Below are positions 10,683-29,180 of a DNA stretch of 64,000 nt, one piece after another. The stretch lies in contig MU008164.1 of assembly GCA_010909165.1 (NCBI GenBank), forward strand, positions 992,001-1,056,000. Reading direction: 5' to 3'. This stretch comes from Anthoceros angustus (taxonomy: Eukaryota > Plantae > Anthocerotophyta). Below the pieces are notes generated by a model. It did not search any database, had not been told where the DNA came from, and saw only the letters and a program-made list of their open reading frames with translations. A program made the translations under genes and the position numbers. Numbering within the stretch: position 1 is the first letter of the stretch; every line of letters begins with the position of its first letter.

Positions 10683-13600
10683 ATGAGTGGCCTCACAGAG
10701 AGCGTTCTTGCACCACCTCAGGCCGATGAGAATGCTGGTCCTGATGGAGTTGGTGCAGACAAGGTAGCTCTGCCTCGGGCTGATGAGGGAGTGGAGAACG
10801 GTGCAGCAAATGGTGGAAGTGTGCCGCTAGGTGGGGGGAAGTCCCTGGCGGAAGTCGGAGCTGGAGCTGTGCGCGATAGGGATACAGCTGCAGTGGGTGA
10901 AAGTGTGCCGGCTTCGCCTGAAGTTGGGGATGGTGTGCAAAAAGACGAAGATCTGGTTGTGGAAGGTCGAGGAGCCCGCGACCCGGAGTGCGCCAGCCTT
11001 GATGGCGAAAATGCTGTGACACTCAATCCCGGTAGTCAGAGCCATTTGGTGGTGAGTGCGGAGAATGCCGATGAAACGCGTCCGGACGTCACTGGGGCCT
11101 CTGCCGGGGCAGTTGTCGAGGCTCAAATAGATCCGAGGGTTGTGCGGTCTGTGGAAAGTGGAAGCGACGGCTGTGTGGAGGAGGAGGACGCTCAAGGCGT
11201 TGGCGCTGAGACTGTTTCTTGTTGCGATGGCGAGGCCCCCGACTCTAGGACTGCGGAAGCCGGCGTGGATGAGTCCGGTGCACCAAGCAGCGACATTTGC
11301 CTATGGGACGTTGGCACTAGGAGCGGGGAGCTGGACGGGAGGCCAGGAGAGGCACCGGAGCCTGTAGAAGGTGGCACAGGGGAAGCAGAGGACCTAGTTG
11401 AAAACGATGGAGGTGCAGGATCCGAGCAACCGGGAAGTACGTCCTCCTCCTCACATCTAGCCGACTTTGAGGGGAATGTGAAAGGGAAGCAGTATGATGA
11501 GGTACTTAGCACCGAACAACCTGATCGTGAAAAGAAAGAGGTTATTCACCTGGTTCTACCTCGCCAGGACCACGAGGCACCTACAACACCTCTCCAGCCG
11601 GACATTGCAAGCAGTGAAGAGGAGTTTCGAGCGAGAAGTAATCTCGACAAGGAGGCAGACAGCAGCATGGACAGCACAGCCAACAGTGCTTTGAAGCCAA
11701 GTGTTGCTGGAGCTCGAGCTCTGATGGAAGAAGCACATAGCAGCAGTAGTGAAGACTCGGCGAGCAGCCGACCTCGACTACGGCAACCAGTTCAGCACCA
11801 GCAGCCTAAGAAGCGAATTGACCTCGGTCATCAGTTCGTACGAGAAATTGTGAGTTTGCCTAAATGTAAGGATAGCAAAGTGCTTCTTTGGACAGGACAG
11901 TGGTAGCGAGATTTCGAACTAACATAATAAGCCACATGACAAACGAGCTCCGTAAGGAGTAGCATTGTCGAGTCAGTCTGATATGGTTCATGTGGGTGGG
12001 ATGTTGTGTTGGAACAGAGCACCTTTGTCTTCTCCTGACAATTATTTGATGATACTTGTAGGTCAAGATCCAACATGATCGTGAGCAATTTGAGAAGCAC
12101 GTCCAAGCTGAGAAGCAAAATGCAGCAAATTCATCTGCTCAGGTGACCCTTGTAATCCATTCGAGGCGGTTTCTCTGGTCTTTCGACAGTGCTCTTCTCT
12201 GTCTAATATGTGCAAAGGGATTTCGGGTTTGCACTTGCAGGATGCAACAGTGGTTAGAGACATTGGAAAAAAGCAAGAGAAACGGATGCCAAAGATATCT
12301 ACGATCATGGACAGTTCAGCACTGCACCAGGAATCATCTGCAGACAAGTATTCAGAGGTGGGGCCTATTGGGAGGGATGTTGACAGAAAAGAATTTGCCA
12401 ATGCAAGTAAAGCACTGGCCTCGGCAGAAATTCTGAGAGGAAAAGCAGCCGATGTGAGTCTTCCTCTCAGTACTAAATACGGACGGAAAGACACAGGTGT
12501 GCAAGATGGAAGCCAGCATGTAGGAAGAAGACCTGAGGTAGTAAGTTTTGGACCAACCAGCAAAGATCTGTGGAAAGAAAATAATCTCCATGACAGAAGC
12601 CATCACAGGGAACGAGAGGCTGAGGCTTTCCATTCTGGGCAAAGCAGTAAAGATGGACGGAAAGAAGAGGCTGTACCAGGTAGAAGTAATCGAGGAAAAA
12701 CAAGAACAACCAAGCTTCATCAATTTATGGCAATCTATAGACCACCTAATGCTCGAGATACTTGTATCTGGGAGGATGAAGGGGAGTCCATAGCTGACTC
12801 AGATTATGTAGATTACGATGCAAGTGAGCAGATTGTGTCCTTTGTCGATCAGTCCCTGGAGTTGAGGGATGGTGTGGATGGCTCTGGACATCCATCAGTG
12901 ACAGGGTTGAAGGACAAGGGTCCAGCTGTGTATTCTAACGTTCCAGCCACCAATCGTCGTGTACATTGCGTTGACCCACAGGCGTTGGAAGAGGAAACCG
13001 TAGGTTTGGGAATCAGAGTCACCTTGGACACAACAAGGCATCAACGCTTTATTGAGTACCTTGATCCAGCAGCAGAAACAGAAGCTAGCAAGTTTATTGT
13101 AACGATTCCTGGTGATGGTCCTTCCAAAAATGTTGACGTTCGGACCAGAGGAATGCCCAGTAAGAACAGGCAGGAACTTATTCACTCCGGCTCAGGTACT
13201 TCGGACTACACATCAGCAGGTGTTCCAGCATCTTTTCAGTTTTCTGCAAGACCAGAGGAACAGCCCTTTAATGCTGGCACTGGCAAAGGCACCGGGTTGT
13301 TATGCTCAGATAGCAGAGGAAGGGCAAGGCGTTCTTCTGGGAAAACTAAAAGCAGACGTGAGCATATTGCGGTCCAAGCTGGCAAGGGTCTTGATAGTCA
13401 AGTCTTGAAGGTGGGGCAGCCACCAGAAGTGAGTGCTTTTGCTGTTCCATCCCAGTTCGCAAGGAAGGAAGGTCGTCTTAAGGACAGTGACGTTATTCCT
13501 CAAGAAATGAGCAGGTTGACTTTGCAAGACGGTCCAACATCCAGAGGTGCAACCAAGCCAGTTCTTGATCATGAAACATCAGAGCAGCCTAGCTCGTATC

Positions 13601-14337
13601 CTCGTATTTCAGAAAGATGGGGAGACGTTGTGGAGGATGTGCAAGAGGTTACTAGACGCTGCATTGAACCCAAGTTGCACAACCACACTCCCCTCATTCA
13701 CAAGAAGTGGGGAGATGACTTGGACTCACGAGGGGGTGGTGAGGCTGCAAATGCAAGGACAAGTAAACGGAGGGGAAGGTCTCAGGTTGTGCCTGGTGGG
13801 ACTTCTACCAATCACATGAAGCCAAGAGCTGCAGGTGTCACGGTTGATGGGAATGATAGGTCGTCTTCGAAAGATACTAACATGCACGATGTCGAACAGA
13901 GAAGAACAGGTGTTGTGAGTCACAGCAAAAAGCTGCAGGCCAAGCCATTTGCAGCTGATGTGCAGCCATCCGTTTCACTTGACAAATCCTCGAAGAAAAC
14001 AGTGTGGGAAAGGCTTGGTCCTCAAAAGTACACAGAGTCTCAACGTGCGAAAGCTGTTGATCAACTTCAGTTGGGTGGAAAAGCTGGTGGAGCTGTGCAG
14101 TTCTCAAGTCAAGACTGGAGGAAGTATAGAGACTTGACGAAAGACACTATTGCTGCTCTGCCTTATGATGAAGTGAAAGAAGGGCTTAGCAGTGGTCATG
14201 GTAGCAATGCGGAAAGTGACTTCTCACACATTAGTGAAGAATCTGGGGAGGGGCTGCTCCACTTCTGCAAAGATTCCAAACAGAAACGGAGCAAGTTGGA
14301 GCTATACGTACCACGTCGAGGATTCTCCGGTTCGTAG
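10683..14337 (+). CDS. ~1114-aa largely disordered protein; exons 10683-11849, 12062-12142, 12241-14337; EBM-like motifs MAIYRPP and LELYVPRR
   Basis: Two long stop-free ORFs are joined through an 81-bp exon by phase-0 GT-AG introns (ATT|GTGAGT, TAG|GTC, CAG|GTGACC, CAG|GAT). Confidence 0.7.
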
Positions 14338-14669
14338 GCCCAGGATGCCGGTGCCGAAGTGGTGCCTCCTTATTCTGTGTTTCGCAGTAAGGAGTATTTA
14401 TCACTTGTCAATGCGGTAGTGACGCTGTCCACAGTTTGCTTCATAGTAAAGCACGTTCATGTAGTCATATTTGCTTTAGTCTGTGCAAAGTAGGCCTGCT
14501 GTTCGCGGTACAGATCACACAAACTTTTCTCTACACGTGGTGCTCTCGGTACATGTGGTGCCGCTTGAATGATTCGACAAGGTCAATCGGACTCTTTCGA
14601 CACGAGTACGTCCGAGTGGGTATATTTGACAAGTTGGTGTTTATCTATTAAAAACTCATGATTATAGCT

Positions 14670-14876
14670 AGAAGAAGAAGAAGAAGACGAATTTTATTTA
14701 AGTCCACTAAGGACGGATTTCCGTAATGGGACTTGGTACTTAACAACTTGTACCATGGTGTGCCTAAGCTACTTGCACCAAGGGCATCCACTCCCTTTAG
14801 GCACCCCATCGACACCCCATCTAAGTACCGATCTAAGCTCAAGATGCTTAATCATAGCGTTTTTATAAATGTGTGT
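14670..14876 (-). mobile_element. ~190-200-bp SINE-like interspersed element, copy 1
   Basis: Near-identical to 49568-49756. (TTC)n tail on the minus strand; both copies share the ACACACATTTATAA end. Confidence 0.7.
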
Positions 14877-15989
14877 TTTTCGCGCTTTTTTTTCTATCCA
14901 TCGTGGGCTATTAAAAAATATGTGTCTCTCAGTAATAGCGGGTGTCCGCACGTGGCCCGTTCGGAACACCCATCCCTTTCTGTGAGGAATGGGCAAAACT
15001 GGGTCGTCAAGTCCGATTCCTAAATATTCAACTAAAATTTATAATATATATAATATAATTCAGACCTTTTCAAAGAAACGTTTCAACAAGCTTTATATGG
15101 TCAGGTAAGTACGTGCGACTGCCGCTCACACTGCTTGTCACGCATCTTCCCAATGTCTACATTCGCTACCTCTCTCACCGCCTGCCCCTCCCACATTTTC
15201 CACCTGCCATCCTGCTCCTCCATATTTACATTCCATCTTGAATGCCATTGCTGCTCACACCGCCTCTTACTTGTCTCACATTGCCTCCTACCTATCTCTA
15301 TCACACTTGTACAAGCCTGATGGCACCAATGGCCAAATTAAACATTACCACCGCGCCTTCAGTTGCCACCTTGCCATTAGTGGCTTCGATTGTACCGTGG
15401 CATGGTGCCAACGTCGGCACGACGGCATAAGGCCTACTTACATCGAGTTGTGCCTCCGTCCGTAAAATCCCCATGTATAGCGGGCACTGGATGGAGCCGT
15501 AGCGCGACGTCCGTCGGGAACGCTAAAGATGTTAGACTTGCTATTTGTGTGAATGCCTTTTTCCCGTTAACTTTAGGGCTTGGTTTAGGAACACCCATTG
15601 TACAGCTAGGGCAACCCAGCCCTTTGCTTCCCTTGCCCAGCCCACTCTTCTTAAAGGGGAACCAAGCCTTTTCCTTCTCCAGACTGCTCTACATGAAGGG
15701 CTACGAAGCCTCTGAGTTCTTGTGTCTCTTTGTATTGAGTGCTTGATATTTTCTTCATATTATACTTATTATTATTTAGTATTATTTTTTATATATGGAT
15801 CTTGTCATTTACTTTGTGCTTCAAACTATGTAGTATGCCAAAGCTTCTCATCCTTTACATCTTGGAGATATAGAGGATATGAGCTCCTTTGATATTTGCA
15901 ATGTTATTCGCAGCTTCTGGTGGTGCTCTTGTGAAGACTATGAGAACACGTATCTCCCGTATTTGGTGAAAGGTACCATCTACAACAAG

Positions 15990-16790
15990 ACTTTGGGAAG
16001 AGCTTCACATGCAAGCTTGGCATTTTGAGGGCCCCGAAAGGCGTGATGAGCATTGGCATAGAGAATATCAAATGTCCTACCCAATTTTTATGGTCCTTGT
16101 TCACCAATTGCAACCCTTCATAGTACGCATTTCACCAAGAACGCCAATACCATATGAAAAGGCTGTTGCTACGGTGTTGCATAGGTTGGGCAGAGGTCTA
16201 CCTTCACTCACTGTTGCTTCCAAGTATGGTGTTGGTGATACCACAGTTGTTGAGTACACGATTCTGCATTCGTGGCTATTCCATCAGCACAACGATAGGG
16301 TGACATATCAAAGATTTTTGAGGAGTGGACCTTATTACCTAACATTGTTGGTGCTATTGATGGATCTCTCATCAAGTTTGCGGTCAAGCCATTTGAGCAG
16401 TACACTCCTGGACCCTATCATTGCAAGCAATACAACATGCATTGTATGGTGCAACAAGCGGTATGTGACAATCGAAAGATATTCATAGATATATGTGCGA
16501 ACAGTCCAGGAGGTTCGAATGATGCAAGTATTCTTAGGAATAGTAGTTTGTGGCAACGACTTATGAGTAGACTAATACTAGTAAGGCCAATCATTCATGT
16601 TGAGGGAATGCCTATTTCTCCATATATTATTGGTGATTATGCATATTTATTGAGACCTTTTCTCATGAAAGCCTTCAAAACAGATGTAAAGCAGAGAGCC
16701 TTCAATTTAAAGTTTTCTTCTCGAAGAGTAGTTATGGAGAATGTCTTCTCTTTATTGAAGAACAGGTGGAGAATCTAAAAGAACCTCAAT
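15990..16790 (+). mobile_element. PIF/Harbinger transposase pseudogene (DDE_Tnp_4-like)
   Basis: WHREYQMSYPIF..L...L, PIPYEKAVATVLHRLG, YGVGDTTV, QAVCDNRKIFIDI, PGGSNDASILRNS, IIGDYAY, MENVFSLLKNRWRI. Frameshifted. Confidence 0.9.
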
Positions 16791-17052
16791 GCTCATCACA
16801 TGATGAACCTATCATCTTGACGGGTAAAGAGGAAGATGCCTTGAAAACCTTAGCCGATATTCAACACCACGATCTAGTCAACCATTGGCATAGATGGAGA
16901 CAACTAAGGAGACAATGAAATAGTATCCTCTAGACAGTATTCTCGCCTGCTGAATGTTTTTTACTACATATGTCATGCATCAAGTGTCTCTTGTAAAATC
17001 CAAAACCACCAACTTGTAGAGCTTGTTGATCTGTAGCAAATGATGTATAAAC

Positions 17053-18350
17053 ATGTTTGCCTTGGAGTGGACCTTTTGGGAAGCACTTCACGACTTCATG
17101 AGCGATAATTCAAAAGTGGTAGGCATGCCCAACTCCCACGATCTCGGATTTATAAATTTGACAGATACTCCTCTCTATGCAGTAAATGAAAACGTGCGTG
17201 AAGGGATGGTTGAGAGCACCCACGCTCAAGATCAATCTACAACCTCCTCTACCGTCTCCACGTCTGCATCAACATCGCCACCACCTTCAACACTTGGGCA
17301 GGCAAAGAGGAAGTTTTCGGCTGGTGGGTTGGACAAGATTATAGACAGCATCAACAGTTTCGCAGAAGTATTTGGGAAGATAGAGGCAAGCAAACTGGAG
17401 AACCTCCAAAGCATGGAAAAAGCCAGGTTGGAGCACATCATGAAGATGACAAAGTTGCAGCAATTCACCCAAATAGAGATGGCAAAGTTCTTAGTCCAAG
17501 CACTAAAGAAATCAAGGCCTTCAGATGGGTAAAGCTCCCCTTCTAGAATCAAGTAGGGGACTTTGAACACCACTCAGGCAGTTGTAGCTTAAGATCCCCA
17601 AAGACATTGCTTGTTAAATTTCAAGGCTTATTTTGGACGTCATTCAGTCCTATTACGAATTTCAAGCATGACATGTTCATGCACCAACTTGCAGAGCTCA
17701 ACCAGTTCTCCTTGATGGTAGTTTTGGATTTTACAGGAGACGCATGTAGCCCAAAATATGGGGTCACAAAGTTCTAGCCAGAGACATGGCTTCTTAAATC
17801 TGAGGGTACATTTTGAACGTCATTCAGTCCTGTTTAAAACTCCAAGGGAAATATGATTATACATGCTCTTGTAGAAATCAACAAGCTCTACAAGATGATA
17901 GTTTTGGATTTCACGGGAGACGCTTGTAGCTTAAGATATGGGGTCACAAAGTTCCAGCCAGAGACATTGCTTCTTAAATCTGAAGATACAATTTGGATGT
18001 CATTCAGTCCTAAAAAAAAACTCAGCGCCTAGCTTCTTCGCTTCCTGCTTGTACTGCTTCTTCAGATTATCCATCTTGTTTCAACATTGGAGATCGGTTG
18101 GAACAATACCTACACATGCAGACAAAATCTTCATAGCAATAACCTCCCAATGGTGTCCGCCAAGGTTGCCCTTGTGCAGATGGTTGACATAGATCTCCTC
18201 ATATTTTGCAATTAAAGCAAGTGTGCTCTCTGTTGTCCAAGCAGCCCACTTTGGATTTCGAAGTCTCGGGATCCCAAATAGAGCCAAAGCTTGCTGTGTT
18301 AGAATAATTGAAACAAATGGAAGTTGCTCATTTGGGGCAAATAGATCCAT
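17053..18350. pseudogene. Harbinger Myb/SANT (trihelix-like) ORF split across strands
   Basis: Minus 18010-18350: WTTESTLALIAKYEE...HWEVIAMKI...QC*NKMDNLKKQYK. Plus 17053-17532: WTFWEALHDFM followed by a C-terminal coiled coil. Confidence 0.7.
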
Positions 18351-19487
18351 CTTGAACTGAACGTGAACTTGTTGGGCAAAATCTCAAACATATTGGGTAG
18401 GTGAGCTCTGGGTCTCAAACAGATTGGGTAGGGTGTGAGGACCATGCTGCACAACACAATGGATTGCGAAAGCGGAGACAAGGTAGGTCGGTGGTCACAT
18501 ACACCCGGGTTACAGCCTGAGTGCGTAAATAGGCACCAATGGGCCCACATGTGAGGCCCTTACGTGAAAAATGGGCTGACAAAAACGGAGCTCCGTCCGT
18601 CATAAGTAAGCGGGTTGCCTACTTATCACGGACGACGCTCCGTTTTCCTTTTTTGGGTTCTTCCGGTAACTACGGACCGGACGGAACTATTGGCAAAGCA
18701 AATGTAAGTAGGCCTACAGTCGTGGCAGTCCACTTCTGTATGTGCATCTTGTGGGTAGTTGCAGAGTGGCCAAAGGGTGTCGCCGACAACCTTGTGGCAG
18801 CCCACTTCTTTTTGTGCATCTCGCGGGTGTATCGGCATGACAGCACGCTGTGCCTATCATCGCTGTCACAATGGGCACTGCTCACAGCCTTGTGTTATCC
18901 ATCAAACTGTGGCCATCGCGTGCATTACGACTATATTATGGCACCCACTGCCAACAGTAAACCCTTAGCAACCTCTAAACTCATGTACAAAAGTTATCTT
19001 GTTGTGTGAAACAAACCATTTCATTTATGAGGTTTTGTGTATGGCAGGTGGCATGTCAAACTCCGACATGCTAGTAGCAACAAAGACACTGCTGTAAAAT
19101 ATTTTGTGGGGCATTCGGTAGCTTTCACGACTCTTAGTCACATCTATTTTTCTTTGAAAAAGTATCCAAAAAGTCCCAATTGGCATCACTGTCCCAATCG
19201 TTTGATAAGTTCTTGAGTTGTAAAACTTTCAACATTCACAAATACTCCATGGAGTTTAAAATGGCCAGACAACGCAAAAATATGGATCAGATCATATAAT
19301 ATGAATAAATATAGATAATAAAATCATAAAATATAGAAAAATTATCCCAAATATTTAAAAATTCTCACGTTTCCTCCCAAGGACCCGAACGGATGTGCCC
19401 AACTTTTTCTCAGATAATATAATGGTGGCGTATCCAATCTTAATCGTATAGAAGATGGAGTGAAGAAATTCAGTATGGGTAGTTTAG

Positions 19488-24255
<4,768 letters not shown>

Positions 24256-24646
24256 GTGAAAAGGTGTCCAGAGTACAGGCACTCCACGTCCGATTAGCGA
24301 AGGTCAAGGACGTACGTCTGGCCTCAGCTTAGACTACAGATGGTTGCAGAGGCGGCCGTAGTTTTTAAGAAGCGGGAACTTGCCTTGGACGATAGCCCAA
24401 TATCCCCTCTCTCCACGAGGTCTCAGGAGAATCTTCATGTCTCTACGTTACCATTACCATTAAGAACACGTGACTCTCGCGCTATTGAGCTCAAATTGTA
24501 CCTAAACTGCGACCTGTCCGCCTATCCAAATTCCATCGAAAATGACCCGCCAGTTGGAAGACATGGACGCCGATGTCGAGTGCAGGCTGGGACATAACGG
24601 CCCGGCTTTGATGTGGAAAACCCACAACCTGGTGTCCAAAACAGTT

Positions 24647-26547
24647 TTATGGTTTGCTGGAGGCGGCCTCCTTCGCTTTAGCTTTCCCTTTCTCATAGTC
24701 AGATTTTTTTCGAGGCAGTTTGCCGTCAAGCTTGCCAAGCAATCTCTGCATACAAGGAAGGAGTGTTGCGTTAGTTATTTTCCTTACTTATTGGTTCATA
24801 TGGATGGGGGATGGGAGTGCTGGTGCAGGGCTAGTGTGTTTTCACTTGGTGTGGCTTGTGCGTCAATTGATCCATACCTTGAAACTCCCCCGATCGATGG
24901 AAACGGTTTTGCAGCGACTGGTGGCCGTGACGGTGGCTGCACGAGGCTCATCGTTGATCAGAGCCAACTCTCCGAAATAGTCACCTTTTTTGTAGTTCAT
25001 AACCACTTTACCACCTGTTACTGCCTCTGCTGTGCCCTGTAGGCAAAGATGTCAGTGTGGAGCGATTGATATCAGCACGCATAGACCACACATCGATAGC
25101 GACCAGCAGATGTCACCTCTTCAATGAAGTAGAATCTCTCTCCAGGATGGCCTTCAACGACGATGTCTTCACCTTCATCGAAATACTCGGCTTCCAAAAC
25201 ATCAGCAATAGCTGCTCGCTCGTATTTGGTCAGTGCCTGCCTCCAGAACGGAGAGACGAAATCTGTTGGCACTATGGTGATGGGGATGTCCCATATTGAA
25301 GTTCTGGTTACTTAAGAACTCAGGTACCTTGAGAAGATGGACATCGCCCAGGAACTTCTCATAGAGGAGCCTCTTGGTGTTGGTCGTGTACATCAGAATG
25401 GTTCGGAAAGTTGTCCTGTCCATGGCCCACACTACGCAGTCGGAGCTGGCCTGTGCAGGTAACCAACATACTCAATCGGCGGGCCTGGGTTACAAACTAG
25501 CCGGTGTGACGCAGACATGATGTTCACTGAGAGTAAGCTGCATACCCTGACTGTTGCAGCACGAGGAGCATCGTATAAGAGAGCAAGCTCTCCAAAACTG
25601 TCCCCGGGACCATATACCTTCACCTTTTCTTCCTCAGCATCAGGTTTCTTCCGTATCCAAACTTCTACAGTCCCTGACTGATTTCACGAAGGGCAGGTTT
25701 TAGTGCTGATGCAGGAGCTTCATACTCAAAAGCTGTGTACAAGTAGCAAATGGCACCTCTAGGAGATAGAATTTGTCGCCTGAATCTCCCTGCTTTATGA
25801 TCAGACTCGCCCTTGGGTGGTGCTCCTCTTCTACGGAGTCAACAACCTGACGCACGGGTAGAACCTGTCAAGCATGGTGCACGATTTGGGTTTTCTGGAC
25901 ATGACAATCTTATCTTGCAGCTGCATAACGGTACCACTCGAGTCTGTTCGTCGTCCAAAGCTTTAAACAAGTAGTTCTTTAGTAACATTTGCCGGATGCG
26001 TGCCTTGGCTTCATCGCTCTTAGGGTGAACCTGTGAGTCATTTCACTCAATTGCATGAGATACCAGGGCAGAGTATCTTCTCTCGTCAAATATTTGTCGT
26101 GCAGTCTTGCGAGTGAAATGGAAATAATCTGTTTGGTGCATGCAGCAGGGAACCTGCCTTAGGATCAAATTCATGAGCCAACTTGGGAGCTGCACATTCG
26201 GCACTAACGCCCGTTCTCCGCAAAGTGGACTTTCTGTGTATCTGAATGGAACCGGCAAGTGGTTAACAACAATGCAGGCGAAAACTGAACTCCCAAGGTG
26301 ATCGTCATAAGTCCCAAACAATGGATTGCTTTAGGGTAAAAGGTTTCAGCTCACGCTTTCCCCTCAGAGACAATAAATTGGTTGTGGTGGTAAAGCCAGT
26401 AGTGCGTGTCACAAACAGCTTGCCAGAAACATTGCCAGGAGCAGTATAGTGCAGAAAGAGAAGGAAGGAAAGACGCATTACTTCAGGGTCGTCCACTCTT
26501 GACAATTGGCCATGGCCATGGCCACCCCCGCCTGGAGGGTAGTCCAT
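24647..26547 (-). CDS. PKAR: cAMP-dependent protein kinase regulatory subunit (~322 aa, 9 exons, one GC-AG intron at 26031-26157)
   Basis: Inhibitor site RRTGVSAE, linker VHPKSDEAKARIRQML, and two CNB domains with phosphate-binding cassettes GELALLYDAPRAAT and GELALINDEPRAAT. Exon phases are consistent. Confidence 0.92.
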
Positions 26548-27023
26548 AAGATCCACAGACGGACAGCAACCTATGGTGACTATTCTTTATAGCACAGAAG
26601 TGATGAAATGTCCTCCAAACCCTTGCGGCTCTCTACTTGCACTCCGTTGTGCCTTCCTTGGGTGCTCAAATGTATGCTCAGCAACAAAACGAGGGCCAAC
26701 TGCAGGACGGTCGACTTTCCGAGAGACACACAGGTGCCAAACCCTAACGTAAGGGATCAGGGAAACTATTCGGCAAACACATCCTCCAGTAAAATCAGCA
26801 ATCCTGCCAATGGAATCCTTGTGTCTGACACAAGCAACCCTGCAATCCCGATAGTGCCACTCATCCGCTGACGAGAGCGTCCGACAGCTGCTGCCAAGAG
26901 GTGCTGCCAAAGTTCATGCGGCTGGTGAACATGCCCCTCGCCTTTCCTCCAAAGCGCAATTGTCGAAGAGGCAGCGACAAGCCTCCCACTGGCAATGACT
27001 CTGGCGAGAGTGCTGTAGGTCTC

Positions 27024-27508
27024 ACAGCTCTGACAAACAGAGTGAAGAGACCCTGGCCCGAGAGTACAGATCTGAGATGAATAGTCTGCTCTTCAACAAG
27101 GGTCACTGGAAGGCAGAGCAATCAAATGCTGGGCACGTAGCACACACAACAGGCGATGTCATGACAGCAACCCACTCTCACGAAAAGGAGGATTCCACAC
27201 ACAAAAGCTGCATTTAGCAACTCAACCAGCGTAGCATCCCATGCATTGACGACGACGTAAAGGCTTGGATGACATGGACCGCACTTTGAAGAGTGTGGTG
27301 GAATAAACAGAAGCACGAAGGGAGTATGGCGAGATGGAGCGATGATTCCTTTGTCGTGTGGTGCCACACGCCACCACTAGCGAAGGCGGGCTGGACGGCA
27401 AGGCGTATCAAGCCTGCAAGAGCCAACAATAGATGCGATGCGGAGACGATAGCCCATCAACCGGTCCCAGCACCATGACGCGCGGCGGTTATAGCACTTA
27501 ACCTAGCG
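27024..27508. repeat. Diverged direct repeat X (partner at 29748-30248), product unknown
   Basis: Colinear similarity from CACAGCTCTGA to ACCATGACGCGCGGCGGTTATA. Confidence 0.85.
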
Positions 27509-27582
27509 GGGATCGATACCCGCATGTCCAGGGACTGACATAAAGCCTGTATATGAAAAGGATTTGTTCCAGTGCAATATTA

Positions 27583-29180
27583 TCAGCATTTGTAGTCTGA
27601 AGGGTGAGGAGCGTTGGAGCGTAAGCCTAGACTGCCCGTGCTAGCGTTCACGTCTTGGTGGGCATGCAACTTCCAGTTCACCACATCCACCAGGCAGGTG
27701 CCCACCACTACGTCATCCACCAGTCCTCTTCCCACAATCTGTGAGTGCAGCTGCCGCAACCGGCTGTAAGGCGCCAGTGCCTGCACAGGCCTACAGAAGG
27801 GAAGGAAAGGTAACATGGGAAGCCGAAAAATGGGACCGCCTCTTCCATTTGTTCTATACACAACAAGCGCCTCATGTCCGAGCACTTGCTGGGCAGACCG
27901 AGCAATCAAGGCAGTACATGTCACCAGATTTTTGTGTTCATGCTGTCAAATACCTGGCGTGTATCTTCCAGTTCACCACATTTTGCATCCATGCCCACCA
28001 GAGAGGTGCCTACCATATATGTCATCCAGGAGTCCTCTTTTGACAGTCCGTGATTGCAGCTGCCTGGCCTTCTCAAGTTATTTGTGCCTGTACAGGCCTA
28101 CGGAAGGCAAGCAAAAGTAACATGGTCAGCCAAAATGAGGCCCGCCTCCTCCATTCGAGCATACACAACAAGCGCGTCCTGTCCAAGCCCCTGCTGGGCA
28201 AATCCAGCTACCAGGGCAATCCATGTCACCAGAATTTTTGTGTTCATGCTGTCAAAAACCTGGCGAGCATCTTTCAGTTCATCACATTTGCATATCCAGC
28301 CATCAGCGCCGTCCATGTCACCACATCCTCCTTGGCCATGCTTTCAAAAACCTGGCGTGCATCTCAGTTCGCCACATTTTGCATACATGTCCACCGGGCA
28401 GTTGCCCTCTTTCGACAATCTGTGAGTGCAGCTGCCTGCCCTACTCTAAGGCGCCAGTGCATGCACAGGCCTACAGAGGGCAAGCCAAGTGACATGTTCA
28501 GCCAAAATGAGTCCCTGCTTCCTCCATTTGTCCATCCATACACAGCAAGAGCCTATGTCCGAGTCCTTGCTGGGCATATTATACCCAGCTATTAAGGCAG
28601 TCCATGTCACCGCATGTTTTGTGTTCATGCTGGTGAAAACCTGGTGTGCATCTTTCAGTTCACAACATTTTGCATACCCAGCGATCAGCGCCTTACATAT
28701 CACCACACCCTTCTTGGCCATGCTTTCAAAAACCTGGCGTGCATCTGGCAGTTCACCACATTTTGCATACATGTCCACCAGGCAGCTGCCAACAAACAAG
28801 TTAGTAGGAGTGCTGGATCACAAGTACCATACCCAGATATCAGGGCAATCCATGTCGCCAGAAATTTTTGTGTTCATGCTCTCAAAAACCTGGCGTGCAT
28901 CGTTCAGTTCACCACATTTTGCGTACCCAGCGATCGGCGCCGTCCATGTCACCACATCCTTCTTGGCCATACTTTCAAAAACCTGGCGTGCATCTGCCAG
29001 TTCGCCACATTTCGCATACATGTCCACCATGCAGGCCTGTGTCCACCACAACGTCATCCAGCAGTCCTCTTTCGACCATCTGAGAGTGCAGCTGCTTGCC
29101 CTTCTGTAAGGCACCAGTGTTTGCACAGGCATTCAGCTTGGAATCCACCACCTCCTTGGCTTGAGTCCTGCGCACGCTCT
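27583..29180 (-). pseudogene. PLS-class PPR pseudogene, no E/DYW domain
   Basis: Repeated [35 protein letters not shown], QQGLGQDALVVYARMEEAG and [19 protein letters not shown] motifs in several frames, with many frameshifts. Confidence 0.9.
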
